From: Rickettsiaceae bacterium 4572_127
GTDB lineage: Bacteria; Pseudomonadota; Alphaproteobacteria; Rs-D84; NBLK01
DNA: 52,545 nt
Assembly (NCBI GenBank): GCA_002084505.1
Contig: NBLK01000002.1
Location: 1-52,545 of the forward strand
Direction of reading: 5' to 3'
Shown here: in pieces, positions 16,744 through 26,101 of the stretch
How the letters are laid out: every line of letters begins with the position of its first letter
How positions within the stretch are numbered: the stretch's first letter is position 1
The notes under the pieces: model-generated
Databases searched by the model: none
What the model was told of the DNA's origin: nothing
What the model saw: the letters and a program-made list of their open reading frames with translations, nothing else
Made by a program: the position numbers and the translations under genes

Positions 16744-18236
16744 TTCATGTATCCTTCCGCAATTTCTCTATCGTCAAAATGAGTTTTTTTTCCTTTAATT
16801 TCCTGATAAGTCTCATGTCCTTTTCCAGCTATAACAATGCAATCGCCATTTTGTGATTCTAAAATTGCAGTCTTTATAGCCTCTTCTCTATCTGGAATTT
16901 CTAATAATTTATCTTTGTTTTGAATGTTTTTTTTTACTAATTCTCGCAAAAACTTAGGGTCATCTTCTCGCGGATTATCGTCAGTAAGAACTATCTTATC
17001 GGCGAAATCATTTGCTGTTTTTCCCATATTTTGTCGCTCGTGCCTTCCGCCTCCAATCCCAAAAATAATTGTTAATTTTCCCTCTGTGTGTGGTCGCAAA
17101 GCCCCTAAAACATTTTCCATTGCATCAAAAGTATGAGCATAATCTACAAAAACCGTCGCCCCTTTTTTAGTCTTTCCAACATATTCTAGTCGTCCGCGAA
17201 CGGGCTTTAATTTTTGTAAAAACCCACGAAATTGAGCCAGTCTATAATCCTGCCAAAAATCTTTTTTGAAAATCTTTCTTCCGTAAAATCCGCCTAGCAT
17301 TAATCCAAAAGCACACAAGGCATTATGCAATTGAAATGCCCCAATTAGTGGAAGTTCTATTTTTAAAGCTCGCCCAAAAATCTCGATTATTACAGATTGC
17401 GTCGTGTCTTTTGGAGTGTTTTTTAGCACCTTAAAATACTCACCATTTTTTCCATAAGACAATACTGATTGTGGATTCAGCTGGGAAATTAGTTTTTTTC
17501 CATAACTATCATCAGCATTTATAACAGCGATTCCGTCGTCTGCTAAATAGTCAAAAAACAGACTTGCCTTTGCATTAAAATAATTCTCCATAGTCCCATG
17601 TTCACTTAAATGATCAGGAGTAAGATTTGTGAAACCTATGCAGTTTATTTTTCTTTGCATGCCTTCAATTCGAGCTTGAATCATAGCTGTGCTAGATGCC
17701 TCAAAACACAAACTTTCAACTTTATTTTCCGCTAAACTATCTAAAATCTTATAAAAAGTTAGAGGATTTGGGCTGGTAATTTCTTTTATTTCTATTTTTT
17801 TTATAGACTTATCCGTTGTATCAAAACCGAGAGTTCCAAAACTTGCCGACGAGCTTCCTAGCATTTCAAAAAACTGTTTAGTAAAATCTGCTATTGAAGT
17901 TTTTCCATTTGTTCCAGTTATTGCAGTAATTATTTTTGGTCTTTTTGGATAAAGCTCTTGCGATAAAAACGCTAATGTTTTTCTTGGATTCTCAACATAA
18001 ATTTTTGTGATTTTTTCATTTTTATAAGAAGAAGTTTTTTGCAAAACAATCGCTACCGCTCCGTTTTCAATTGCCTTGTCTATAAACTTTTCGCCGTTTA
18101 TTTTAGTTCCTTGAATCGCTACAAAAATATCACCTGTTTTTACCTCACGAGAATCAAAAGCAATTCCTGATACCTCCATATTTTCATCACCTATAATGTT
18201 TGTTTTTTGCAAACTTTTAAAATTTTTAATCTTCAT
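16740..18236 (-). CDS. murE: UDP-N-acetylmuramoyl-L-alanyl-D-glutamate--2,6-diaminopimelate ligase
   Basis: P-loop GTNGKTS, Mur ligase central and C-terminal domains, and DNPR (LTDDNPREDDP), which indicates mDAP specificity. Confidence 0.9.
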   Translation of the reverse strand: MKIKNFKSLQKTNIIGDENMEVSGIAFDSREVKTGDIFVAIQGTKINGEKFIDKAIENGAVAIVLQKTSSYKNEKITKIYVENPRKTLAFLSQELYPKRPKIITAITGTNGKTSIADFTKQFFEMLGSSSASFGTLGFDTTDKSIKKIEIKEITSPNPLTFYKILDSLAENKVESLCFEASSTAMIQARIEGMQRKINCIGFTNLTPDHLSEHGTMENYFNAKASLFFDYLADDGIAVINADDSYGKKLISQLNPQSVLSYGKNGEYFKVLKNTPKDTTQSVIIEIFGRALKIELPLIGAFQLHNALCAFGLMLGGFYGRKIFKKDFWQDYRLAQFRGFLQKLKPVRGRLEYVGKTKKGATVFVDYAHTFDAMENVLGALRPHTEGKLTIIFGIGGGRHERQNMGKTANDFADKIVLTDDNPREDDPKFLRELVKKNIQNKDKLLEIPDREEAIKTAILESQNGDCIVIAGKGHETYQEIKGKKTHFDDREIAEGYMK

Positions 18237-19878
18237 TTTTTTCCTTTCTAATATCTAAAAACGGCAAGATATTTTCTATTATTTCTTTTGTAATTGGCAC
18301 GGCATTCCAAGCTGAACTTTTCAGATTAAAATTCTCTTTCAGCCCCTTCGGCTCGTCTATCATAACCAGCAAAGTATACTCAGGATTTTCAATTGGAAAA
18401 GCCGACACAAACCAATTTGCTAATCTATTTTTATCATATTTTCCATTTACAATTTTTTCGGAAGTTCCTGTTTTTCCACCAATCTTTAGCCCTTCAATTT
18501 TCACTTTCTGCCCCGTCCCTTCCTCGACAATTCGATGCATTAATTTTCTCATTTTTGCGGAAGTTTCTTCACTAATAATTTGCTTAGCCTTGAAAGATTT
18601 TTTATCGTTAGGAACAAAAGTCGGAGGCAGATAGTAACCACCGTTTATAAGAGCGTTCGTCGCCAAGATCGTCTGCAAAGGAGATACTGAAATTCCATGC
18701 CCAAATGAAATTGTTGCTGACTCAATTTTTGTCCACTTATACGGCAAGATTGGATGAGCCGTGTCGCCTAAATCTGTTTTTATTTTATCTAAAAATCCAA
18801 ACTTTTTTAGATGTTTTTTCTGCTCATTTATTCCAAAATCCCAAGCCATTTTGACAGAACCTATATTAGAAGAGTGAATTAAGATTTGATCCAGTCCTGC
18901 TTTTTTTTCGTCCATTTTATGATCATCATCTATTGAAAAACCACCTATTTTGATAGCTTTATCTACGGCATATTTTTTATCTTCTGCTATATTATTTTCT
19001 AGTGCAATTGCAGTGTTAAATAATTTAAAAACCGACCCCGGTTCAAAAACTCCTGTTGTGATTTTATTGAATCTGTTTTTTAGTGGAGAGGCTGATAATT
19101 TATTTGGATCAAAGTCAGGAAAAGAGATTAAAGATAGAATTTCCCCCGTGTCACTTTTTATTAAAATCGCACCGCCTCCGATTGCTTTATGTTTTTCAAT
19201 TCCAGATCTTAAAACTCTATAAATCACCTCTTGAAATCTAGAATCAACTGATAATTTTATAGATTTTTTAGACGCTATTATTTTTGAATTCAGGCCATAT
19301 TCCAGTCCTTTTAGCCCTTTGTTGTCAGTATTTGTAAAACCTATTAAATGAGAAAAGATTTCTTTTTTAGGATAAGATCTAAAGTCTACCTTTTCAAAAT
19401 CCATATTTTTATCTTTTAATTTAGCCAAAAGTTTCATTGTTTTTTCTGAAATTTTCTTTTTGATATACACAAATTTTTTCCGAGAATTTACTTTTTTGTG
19501 CAATTCTTGTCGGGAATAATTTGGTAAAACTTTTAGAATTTTTTCTGTAAAATTATTTTTATTTTTTATTTTGTTTGGATGAATTCCAAAATTATAAATT
19601 GAGATGTTAGTCGCTAAAATTTCTCCATTTCTATCTTCTAAATCTGCTCTTGATAAAAGGCTTTTTTGAGTTATCTTTACTCCACCTTCAAACAAGGAAA
19701 AAGAAAAAGTTTTTGGAAAGGAAATAGAGAAAAGCTTTGTGATAATTGTAAGAAAAACAAACAAACTAAAAATGGTTATAATTCGGATACGGCCTTTATT
19801 CGCATAACTTTTTTTGCCTTCAATTTTGTTTCTCAAAAAAGAAACTAAATCCTTACCTACGGAAATTGGAGAACTCAT
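18226..19878 (-). CDS. ftsI: peptidoglycan D,D-transpeptidase FtsI (PBP3)
   Basis: N-terminal TM anchor. SxxK (SVFK), SxN (SSN) and KTGT (GGKTGTS). Lies between ftsL and murE. Confidence 0.88.
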   Translation of the reverse strand: MSSPISVGKDLVSFLRNKIEGKKSYANKGRIRIITIFSLFVFLTIITKLFSISFPKTFSFSLFEGGVKITQKSLLSRADLEDRNGEILATNISIYNFGIHPNKIKNKNNFTEKILKVLPNYSRQELHKKVNSRKKFVYIKKKISEKTMKLLAKLKDKNMDFEKVDFRSYPKKEIFSHLIGFTNTDNKGLKGLEYGLNSKIIASKKSIKLSVDSRFQEVIYRVLRSGIEKHKAIGGGAILIKSDTGEILSLISFPDFDPNKLSASPLKNRFNKITTGVFEPGSVFKLFNTAIALENNIAEDKKYAVDKAIKIGGFSIDDDHKMDEKKAGLDQILIHSSNIGSVKMAWDFGINEQKKHLKKFGFLDKIKTDLGDTAHPILPYKWTKIESATISFGHGISVSPLQTILATNALINGGYYLPPTFVPNDKKSFKAKQIISEETSAKMRKLMHRIVEEGTGQKVKIEGLKIGGKTGTSEKIVNGKYDKNRLANWFVSAFPIENPEYTLLVMIDEPKGLKENFNLKSSAWNAVPITKEIIENILPFLDIRKEKNED

Positions 19879-20126
19879 ATCTGCCCCGCTAAATTTGCTC
19901 TGTTTGGAAATAGTTCTTTTTCTAGTTTTTGAAGATTTTTTTGATTCGTTAGAATAGAAAACTTCACTTTTAAAGATTGTTTTTTATCGTGCATCTTTTC
20001 AATTTCTTTATTTTGTCTATTGAATAAATCTTTTTTTTCTCGTATTGAAAATTGTATAAAAAACACTAAAAAAAATAAAAATAAAGTAGTCGCCCAAGAA
20101 AAAATTACATAGCTTTTTTTTATCAT
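19875..20126 (-). CDS. ftsL: cell division protein FtsL
   Basis: 83 aa with a single TM segment plus a coiled coil, immediately upstream of ftsI with a 4-nt overlap. Confidence 0.65.
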   Translation of the reverse strand: MIKKSYVIFSWATTLFLFFLVFFIQFSIREKKDLFNRQNKEIEKMHDKKQSLKVKFSILTNQKNLQKLEKELFPNRANLAGQI

Positions 20127-21634
20127 ATTAGACTCTCTCCTGTCATTTCTTCTGGCTGTTTTATGTTTAACAATTTCAACATCGTTGGAGCAATATCTGC
20201 TAATTTTCCATGTGTTCTTTTTAGCTCGACTTTGTCGTTAGAAAGAATCCAAAGCGGAACAGGATTTATCGTGTGCGCTGTAAACGGAGTCCCATCTTTT
20301 TCCTGCATTTTTTCGCAATTTCCATGGTCGGCAGTGATAATCATTTTGCCTCCCAATTTAGAAATTTCCTCCCAGCATTTTTTCACTTCCTTGTCTAGTG
20401 TTTCAACTGCAATTATCGCCGATTTTTCATTTCCTGTGTGTCCAACCATATCCCCATTTGCATAATTCATAATCACAACATCATTTTTTGGAGCAAATCG
20501 AATCAACTGCTCCGTAAGTTCACTAGCCGACATTTCAGGTTGCTCGTCATAAGTTGCAACAGCCGGTGATGGCACTAAAATCCTCGTGTCATTTTCATAC
20601 TTTCGCTCCTCTCCTCCATCAAAGAAAAAAGTTACATGAGCATATTTTTCTGTCTCAGCAAGTCGTAATTGAGACAACCCATTTTCTGCAATAATCTCTC
20701 CAAAAACATTCTCAACTTTTTCAGCAGGAAATAAAGTTTTTAGATTTTTATTTAATTCTTGCGAGTATTCAGCCAACCCAACAGTCATAGAAAACTCAGG
20801 AATTTGTCTTTCGAACAAATCAAAATTTGGAGAACATAAAGCACCTGCAATTTGACGAACTCTGTCAGCCCTAAAATTCCCAAATAAAATCGCATCGCCG
20901 TTTTTTATGCCGTTATAATTTCCTAAAATAGTAGATTCAAAAAATTCATCCGTAATATTATTTTCGTAATTTTCTTTAATGGCATCTTCTATATTTTCAG
21001 CATTGTTTCCTTCTCCAAAAACAATCGAATTAAAGGTTTTCTCAGTCCTATCTGCATTTTGATTTCTATCCATAGCAAAAAATCTTCCTGAAAGAGTTGC
21101 AAAATTTATATTGTTTCCTGCTGAATCTGTGGCTATTTTTTCTTTCATTTTAGCGATAAATTTCGCAATAGATTTTGGAGCCGTATCTCTTCCATCTGCC
21201 ACAACATGCCACCAAACTTTTATATTTTTTCGAGCAAGAGAAATTGCTATTTCCAGCAAATGATTTTGATGTGAATGAACTCCACCGTCTGATAAAAGCC
21301 CCCATAAATGACAAGCCCCGCCTGTGTTTTTCAAAGTCTCAATTAGTTCCTTAAAAAGAGGAAGTTGGCTCAAAGTTCCACTTTCTACCGCATCGTTTAT
21401 TTTAGGCAAAAGCTGTTTTACAACTCGCCCAGCACCAATATTCATGTGTCCAACTTCTGAGTTTCCCATCTGCCCTGCCATCAATCCGACCGCCGATCCT
21501 GATGCCTCAATAGTGGTGAATTTTCCTAGCGAATCAAAGAATGGAGTCTTTGCTAATTTCCAAGAATTATGAGTGGTTTCATCGCGAATCCCAACCCCGT
21601 CTAAAATGCATAATACTAGTGGTTTTTTTGACAT
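20123..21634 (-). CDS. gpmI: 2,3-bisphosphoglycerate-independent phosphoglycerate mutase
   Basis: LCILDGVG, GNSEVGHMNIGAGR, GGVHSH and ITADHGN motifs. 503 aa. Confidence 0.9.
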   Translation of the reverse strand: MSKKPLVLCILDGVGIRDETTHNSWKLAKTPFFDSLGKFTTIEASGSAVGLMAGQMGNSEVGHMNIGAGRVVKQLLPKINDAVESGTLSQLPLFKELIETLKNTGGACHLWGLLSDGGVHSHQNHLLEIAISLARKNIKVWWHVVADGRDTAPKSIAKFIAKMKEKIATDSAGNNINFATLSGRFFAMDRNQNADRTEKTFNSIVFGEGNNAENIEDAIKENYENNITDEFFESTILGNYNGIKNGDAILFGNFRADRVRQIAGALCSPNFDLFERQIPEFSMTVGLAEYSQELNKNLKTLFPAEKVENVFGEIIAENGLSQLRLAETEKYAHVTFFFDGGEERKYENDTRILVPSPAVATYDEQPEMSASELTEQLIRFAPKNDVVIMNYANGDMVGHTGNEKSAIIAVETLDKEVKKCWEEISKLGGKMIITADHGNCEKMQEKDGTPFTAHTINPVPLWILSNDKVELKRTHGKLADIAPTMLKLLNIKQPEEMTGESLI

Positions 21635-21708
21635 GATTTTTCCTTTTCTATTATCTAATGTAAATATATATGAAATGAAAAAAGATTCAAGAAAAATAAA
21701 ATAGCATA

Positions 21709-21730
21709 TAGACCTAGTGTTATAGGTCTA
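21709..21730. promoter_or_regulatory. 8-bp perfect inverted repeat upstream of gpmI
   Basis: TAGACCTA gtgtta TAGGTCTA, 75 nt upstream of the gpmI ATG. It shares tagacct with the termini of the composite repeat. Function unknown. Confidence 0.3.
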
Positions 21731-21745
21731 TGAAAACACTAAAAT

Positions 21746-22092
21746 CAGACTCGGTCTTCACCTCGCCCCTTGCGGGAGAGGTCGAGCGAAGCTCGAGTGA
21801 GGGGTATCAAAAAAAAGTCATTCCTGCGAAAGCAGGAATCTCACCTAATCGAATCTTTATTACTTATCACCCGCCACTTATGGGCGGGGTAAAAAATCTC
21901 ACCCCAGACTCGTCATTGCGAGAATTTTTATGAAATAAAAATCGTGGTAATCCCACAAGTTGTTAACTCCATCATGAGATTGCCACGCTCACTTCGTGAA
22001 ACAGCTCGCAATGACGAGCCTAGGGTGGAATTGCTTCACTTTACTATCGTAAACGGAGGAACAATGACGAGTTTGTAGGGAGGGGTAAAATC
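21746..22092 (+). repeat. cluster of palindromic repeat modules (C, A, B-variant, long gtcattgcgag hairpin, B tail)
   Basis: C at 21746-21806 (cacctcgccccttgcgggagaggtcgagcgaagctcgagtgaggggtat). A at 21817-21842. B-variant at 21864-21896. 14-nt arms ctcgtcattgcgag (21909-21922) and ctcgcaatgacgag (22005-22018). gtagggaggggtaaaatc at 22075-22092 abuts the dprA stop. Confidence 0.85.
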
Positions 22093-23174
22093 TACAATCG
22101 AATGATAAAATCTGCAGGCAATAACTTTGCTTTTTTTTCTAAATCTAGAACCAAAAGAATCGGCATTATAGTTTTCTGATTGCAACCCAAATGAGAAGCA
22201 AGTTGAGAAATTTCTATTGGGGTTTTTGAAAGAAGCGAAAGCACTTTTTCTTCACTAATTTTTTCAAAATTTTCATCATAAAAAAACTCCTCAGACACCT
22301 CATTAATCTCAAAAAGCGAAGCATTTTTTTGAAGACTTTTTTTAATCATAGCGGACTCAATATCCCTAATTGATTCTATAAAAAAAGCTCCCCTTTCTTT
22401 TAGCAAATAATTGCATGCTCCTGCTCGTTCATCAGTCGGAAACCCAGGAACAGCTCCAACAGGACGATTGTATTTTTTTGCAAATTCCGCCGTGATTAAA
22501 GACCCTGATTTTCTCTTAGCCTCAATAACAACCGTTATATCGGAAAGACCTGCAATAATGCGATTTCGGCTGGGAAAACGAGGTGCGGACGGCTGGGTCA
22601 AAGGAGGATGTTGCGAAATAATCGCTCCATTTTTTTCTAAAATTTCATGATATAGTTTAGTGTTTTTTAATGGATAGATATTTTCAACGCTACCTGCTAA
22701 AACTGCAATCGTATAGCCGTTTTTTTTCATCGCCCCAGAATGTGCAGAAGCATCGATTCCATAAGCCAATCCTGAAATAATTCCATAGTTTTTTTGAGCC
22801 AATTCATTGCTTAGTTTTTTACTTAAATTGATGGCAGGAAGCGATGCATTTCTCGTCCCAACAACAGCGATATTTTTTGTTTTTTTCAGCTCTCCTTTAT
22901 AGAACAAAACAGGAGGAGCATCGCCACAATTTTTCAACTGAGCGGGATAATTTTTATCATCAAACCAAATTATTTTTTGCTCAAATTTCCAAACATTTTC
23001 TATGATTTTTTCAGCGATATTTTTTTCTGCTAATTTAAATTTCTTAGTTTTCATAAGTCTTGGAAAAACATTAATTGCATTTTTAGCCGACCCAAAAGTT
23101 TTCAAAAAATAGTAAAAAGCAACAGGACCTATTCCCTCTGTATTCAACAATTGAAGGCGATAAATATCTTTCAT
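22092..23174 (-). CDS. dprA: DNA-processing protein DprA
   Basis: VVGTRNAS, GLAYGIDASAH, RFPSRNRIIAG and a C-terminal winged-helix-like tail. 360 aa. Confidence 0.85.
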   Translation of the reverse strand: MKDIYRLQLLNTEGIGPVAFYYFLKTFGSAKNAINVFPRLMKTKKFKLAEKNIAEKIIENVWKFEQKIIWFDDKNYPAQLKNCGDAPPVLFYKGELKKTKNIAVVGTRNASLPAINLSKKLSNELAQKNYGIISGLAYGIDASAHSGAMKKNGYTIAVLAGSVENIYPLKNTKLYHEILEKNGAIISQHPPLTQPSAPRFPSRNRIIAGLSDITVVIEAKRKSGSLITAEFAKKYNRPVGAVPGFPTDERAGACNYLLKERGAFFIESIRDIESAMIKKSLQKNASLFEINEVSEEFFYDENFEKISEEKVLSLLSKTPIEISQLASHLGCNQKTIMPILLVLDLEKKAKLLPADFIIRL

Positions 23175-23746
23175 TTTATTTTATTTTCCGTCCCATTTAT
23201 CAGCCTTTTTATATTTTCTCTGTGCTGAAAAATCCCTAGAATTGAAATCAAAATAAATAAAATTTTAACACTCAGCGGAAGATTTGTTCCAAAGAAAAAA
23301 ACAAACGGCATCAAAAACAAAACTGCAATTGCACTCAACGAAGAGTATTTTGTAATTAAAAATATCAACAGCCAAATTCCTCCAAAAATTAAAAAAGTCA
23401 GTGGTTCAAAATATAAAAAATATCCGAAAGTTGTAGCAAATCCTTTTCCACCTTTTAGTTTCAAAAAAGCCGAAAAGTTATGTCCTATCAAAACAGCAAA
23501 CGCAGTGATGGTAATTAAATGCGGGGAAAAAATACTTGCTGAGAACACCATAAAAACACCTTTTCCCGCATCAAAAAACAAAGTCAAAAGTGCCAAAAGT
23601 TTACTGCCTGTTCTTAAAACATTAGTCGTTCCTGTGTTTCCAGAACCGATTTTCCTTATATCTATTTTTAGAAAAATTTTAGAAAAAACCAGCCCAAAAG
23701 GCACTGAGCCTACTAAATAAGATAGTAAAATCCAAGTAATTTCCAT
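23171..23746 (-). CDS. plsY: glycerol-3-phosphate acyltransferase PlsY
   Basis: GSGNTGTTNVLRTGSK and LKGGKGFATTFG motifs. Multi-TM, 191 aa. Confidence 0.88.
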   Translation of the reverse strand: MEITWILLSYLVGSVPFGLVFSKIFLKIDIRKIGSGNTGTTNVLRTGSKLLALLTLFFDAGKGVFMVFSASIFSPHLITITAFAVLIGHNFSAFLKLKGGKGFATTFGYFLYFEPLTFLIFGGIWLLIFLITKYSSLSAIAVLFLMPFVFFFGTNLPLSVKILFILISILGIFQHRENIKRLINGTENKIK

Positions 23747-24072
23747 TAGTTATTCTCCTTGATTTGATAAGTATTTTCCTGAAACCTATTTAGTTTTTTA
23801 ATCAAAAGCTCGTCGATAAAATCTTTGCTTTTATTTAAAACTAAATTTGTTTTCATTTGCAAAAGCAGTGTTTCTTTTTTTAATTTTTCTAATTTTATTT
23901 CTTGTTTTTGATTCTCACTTTTTAATCTCATTAGATAGAATAAATTTGATCGCCCAAACATTAATTGTAAGCAAAAATAAAAACTGAGAAAAATTGCAAT
24001 CGAAAAAATAGCCCCATTTTTTGTTCTAAAATCATTTCTAAAAAAATCTATAATTCTTTTTTTTATCTGCAT
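23746..24072 (-). CDS. ftsB: septum formation initiator FtsB/DivIC-like
   Basis: 108 aa with one TM segment followed by a leucine-zipper-like coiled coil (LMRLKSENQKQEIKLEKLKKETLLLQ). Confidence 0.55.
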   Translation of the reverse strand: MQIKKRIIDFFRNDFRTKNGAIFSIAIFLSFYFCLQLMFGRSNLFYLMRLKSENQKQEIKLEKLKKETLLLQMKTNLVLNKSKDFIDELLIKKLNRFQENTYQIKENN

Positions 24073-24140
24073 GTTTTTATCATAAATTATTTATATATCC
24101 TTCGCAAGTATTTTTTAAAAATATAAAAAACGAACCTTTT

Positions 24141-24164
24141 GCCTATAAACCTAGTTTTATAGCC
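24141..24164. repeat. E motif copy
   Basis: gCCTATAAACCTAGTTTTATAGCC, lying between the ftsB start and repeat cluster 3. Confidence 0.7.
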
Positions 24165-24199
24165 TTTCCTTATTTAATAGGCACTTGGCGGTAATTTAG

Positions 24200-24332
24200 A
24201 AAGAAAAGAAGTTCGATTCGGTGAGATTCCTATTTCGAGCCTCGGTCTTCACCTCGCCCCTTGCGGGAGAGGTCGAGCGAAGCTCGGGTAAGGGGTATAA
24301 AAAAATGTCATTCCTGCGAAGGCATTCTTCTC
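24200..24332 (+). repeat. cluster of palindromic repeat modules (truncated A', C, degenerate A)
   Basis: gttcgattcggtgagattcc (a truncated inverted A tail). C at 24237-24298. A at 24307-24332 with a broken stem (ggcattcttc). Confidence 0.8.
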
Positions 24333-24429
24333 ACAATACAGAATCATTTTTTATTTGATTCCCAAGTTATAAAAAAATCATTGCACTTTATGTAAAACAT
24401 CTTTACTTTATCTGTAAGGAGAATAAAAA

Positions 24430-24816
24430 ATGACAAAAGTTCCAACTAAACAGTCTATTTCTTGGCAAGCTACTCATTTTATGAGGGTTGTTAATTACAT
24501 AGATTCTAGTAAAAAAATTCTTGCTATGATATGTATTGAAAAAGATAAATCACTTGAAGACTATGAGCATTATGGATTTCTGATTGATATAATTGACCAT
24601 GCTCTTATAATTGGAGAAAAGGTTCTTTCTGCAGAAGATAAAATACTAAAACCACTAGGTGGTAGAAAAAAAATTGAAGACATATTAAAAAAACTAAAAT
24701 CTCTTAGAGAGAAAGACATTCACGCTGGCGACGAAGACATAACTATAGGACGATGGGACAATTTATCACCAGAACAATTAGCAAAAGAAATAGAAAAGAT
24801 TTCAAATGAAAATTAA
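24430..24816 (+). CDS. hypothetical protein
   Basis: 128 aa with a strong SD (AAGGAGA). Acidic, helical C-terminus. Overlaps the next gene by 11 nt. No motif recognised. Confidence 0.55.
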   Translation: MTKVPTKQSISWQATHFMRVVNYIDSSKKILAMICIEKDKSLEDYEHYGFLIDIIDHALIIGEKVLSAEDKILKPLGGRKKIEDILKKLKSLREKDIHAGDEDITIGRWDNLSPEQLAKEIEKISNEN

Positions 24817-26092
24817 ACTTTTATCGATTTTATTATTTTTCGCTGTTTTTGGATGCTCATATTTTGAGTCTAAGAATGAGCCTATTCCAAAGGATGTTAT
24901 TTTAGACATTCAACACAAAGGAATTAAGACTGTTGATTCAGTTCCTATTTATCCCAAATTACCTCCGAAAACAGGTCGGCAGGCAAAGCTTTTCAGTCTA
25001 GATATTCCAATCCGATGCACTCTTGATGAAAATCGTCAGCACTTAGCTCGCACAGAACCTTTTGATCGTGATAAATTTTTACTAAGACCTGCTATTCGCG
25101 GTGATCAATTGCCTCCTTATAAAGTTAAAGCCTTTGAATCTGAAAAAAAACCATTAGACGAAGCCCTACGATGTCTTTTGAAAAATACTGAAATTCATGT
25201 TAATGCAGGCGAGGGATTTTATCCGACAGTTTCGATTCCTGAGACAGAAGGATTGCTTTCGCAGACCGTTAATATGCTGACTGAATTGGGAAATGTTTAT
25301 TATACTTATGATGAAAGAATAAAAACCTTAACTCTTCAACATGAAGTAAAATGGCGATTGGATGTTCCGCTTTCTGATGAACTTTTAGTTGGTGTTTTGG
25401 ACGCACTTCGTGGAGCAGGAATTAAAAATATAGTTGTTGATTGGGAAGATAGAGCGTTGTTATTTCGCGGAGATAAATTGATTGAAAAACGAGTTCGCGG
25501 AGTAGTGAATGAAATGTCGGCATCCCGAAACTGGATAGCCTATGATGCAACAGTTTATAGAATTTACCCGCATTCAGCAGATGGAATTCCTTGGATAAAT
25601 ATACTAAAATCTTTCGGGCGAAAGTCTGTTAAATCTTCGCATTTAGGACATATTGGACGGGCATTAGTAGTTTCTGCAGGGATAAATCGTGATTCGTTAA
25701 CTGATTTTATTGCCCCTTATGGAAAAGTCGTGCCTATCTCAGAAGGAACTTTTATTTCTCCTAATAAATGGCAGGGAAGATTTGATGTTGGACTTTGCTC
25801 TAAGGAAGATCGTTTAGAGACAGATTTAAGGATTCTAACACAGGCTACTTATAGAAAATATGATTTTGAAAAAGATCATATCGATGTTGAATTAGCTTTG
25901 AGAACTAAAAGTGGAGAAATTACTAATTTTGATTTACCGACTAGATTGAATGAAAATATTCTACTAATGGGGATTCCAACACATTACTTTATTAAGGGAG
26001 AATCTACTATTATCCCCCCACAAGCAGAGCTTATAGTTCTCCTAACCCCACGATTGATAAACATAGTGGACATGCGAATCATTGATGAGTGA
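24806..26092 (+). CDS. outer-membrane lipoprotein with secretin-like N-domains and a secretin-like C-terminal motif
   Basis: Lipobox LFFAVFGC. KPLDEALRCLLKNTEIHVN...YTYDERIKTLTL resembles an N0/STN domain. GIKNIVVDWEDRALLFRGDKLIEKRVRGVVNEMSASRNWIAYDATVYRIY resembles a secretin N1-type domain. The C-terminal AELIVLLTPRLINI matches the usual secretin ending. The canonical vPxLgdiPxlGxLF motif is not seen. Confidence 0.4.
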   Translation: MKIKLLSILLFFAVFGCSYFESKNEPIPKDVILDIQHKGIKTVDSVPIYPKLPPKTGRQAKLFSLDIPIRCTLDENRQHLARTEPFDRDKFLLRPAIRGDQLPPYKVKAFESEKKPLDEALRCLLKNTEIHVNAGEGFYPTVSIPETEGLLSQTVNMLTELGNVYYTYDERIKTLTLQHEVKWRLDVPLSDELLVGVLDALRGAGIKNIVVDWEDRALLFRGDKLIEKRVRGVVNEMSASRNWIAYDATVYRIYPHSADGIPWINILKSFGRKSVKSSHLGHIGRALVVSAGINRDSLTDFIAPYGKVVPISEGTFISPNKWQGRFDVGLCSKEDRLETDLRILTQATYRKYDFEKDHIDVELALRTKSGEITNFDLPTRLNENILLMGIPTHYFIKGESTIIPPQAELIVLLTPRLINIVDMRIIDE

Positions 26093-26101
26093 TAACTAAC
26101 A

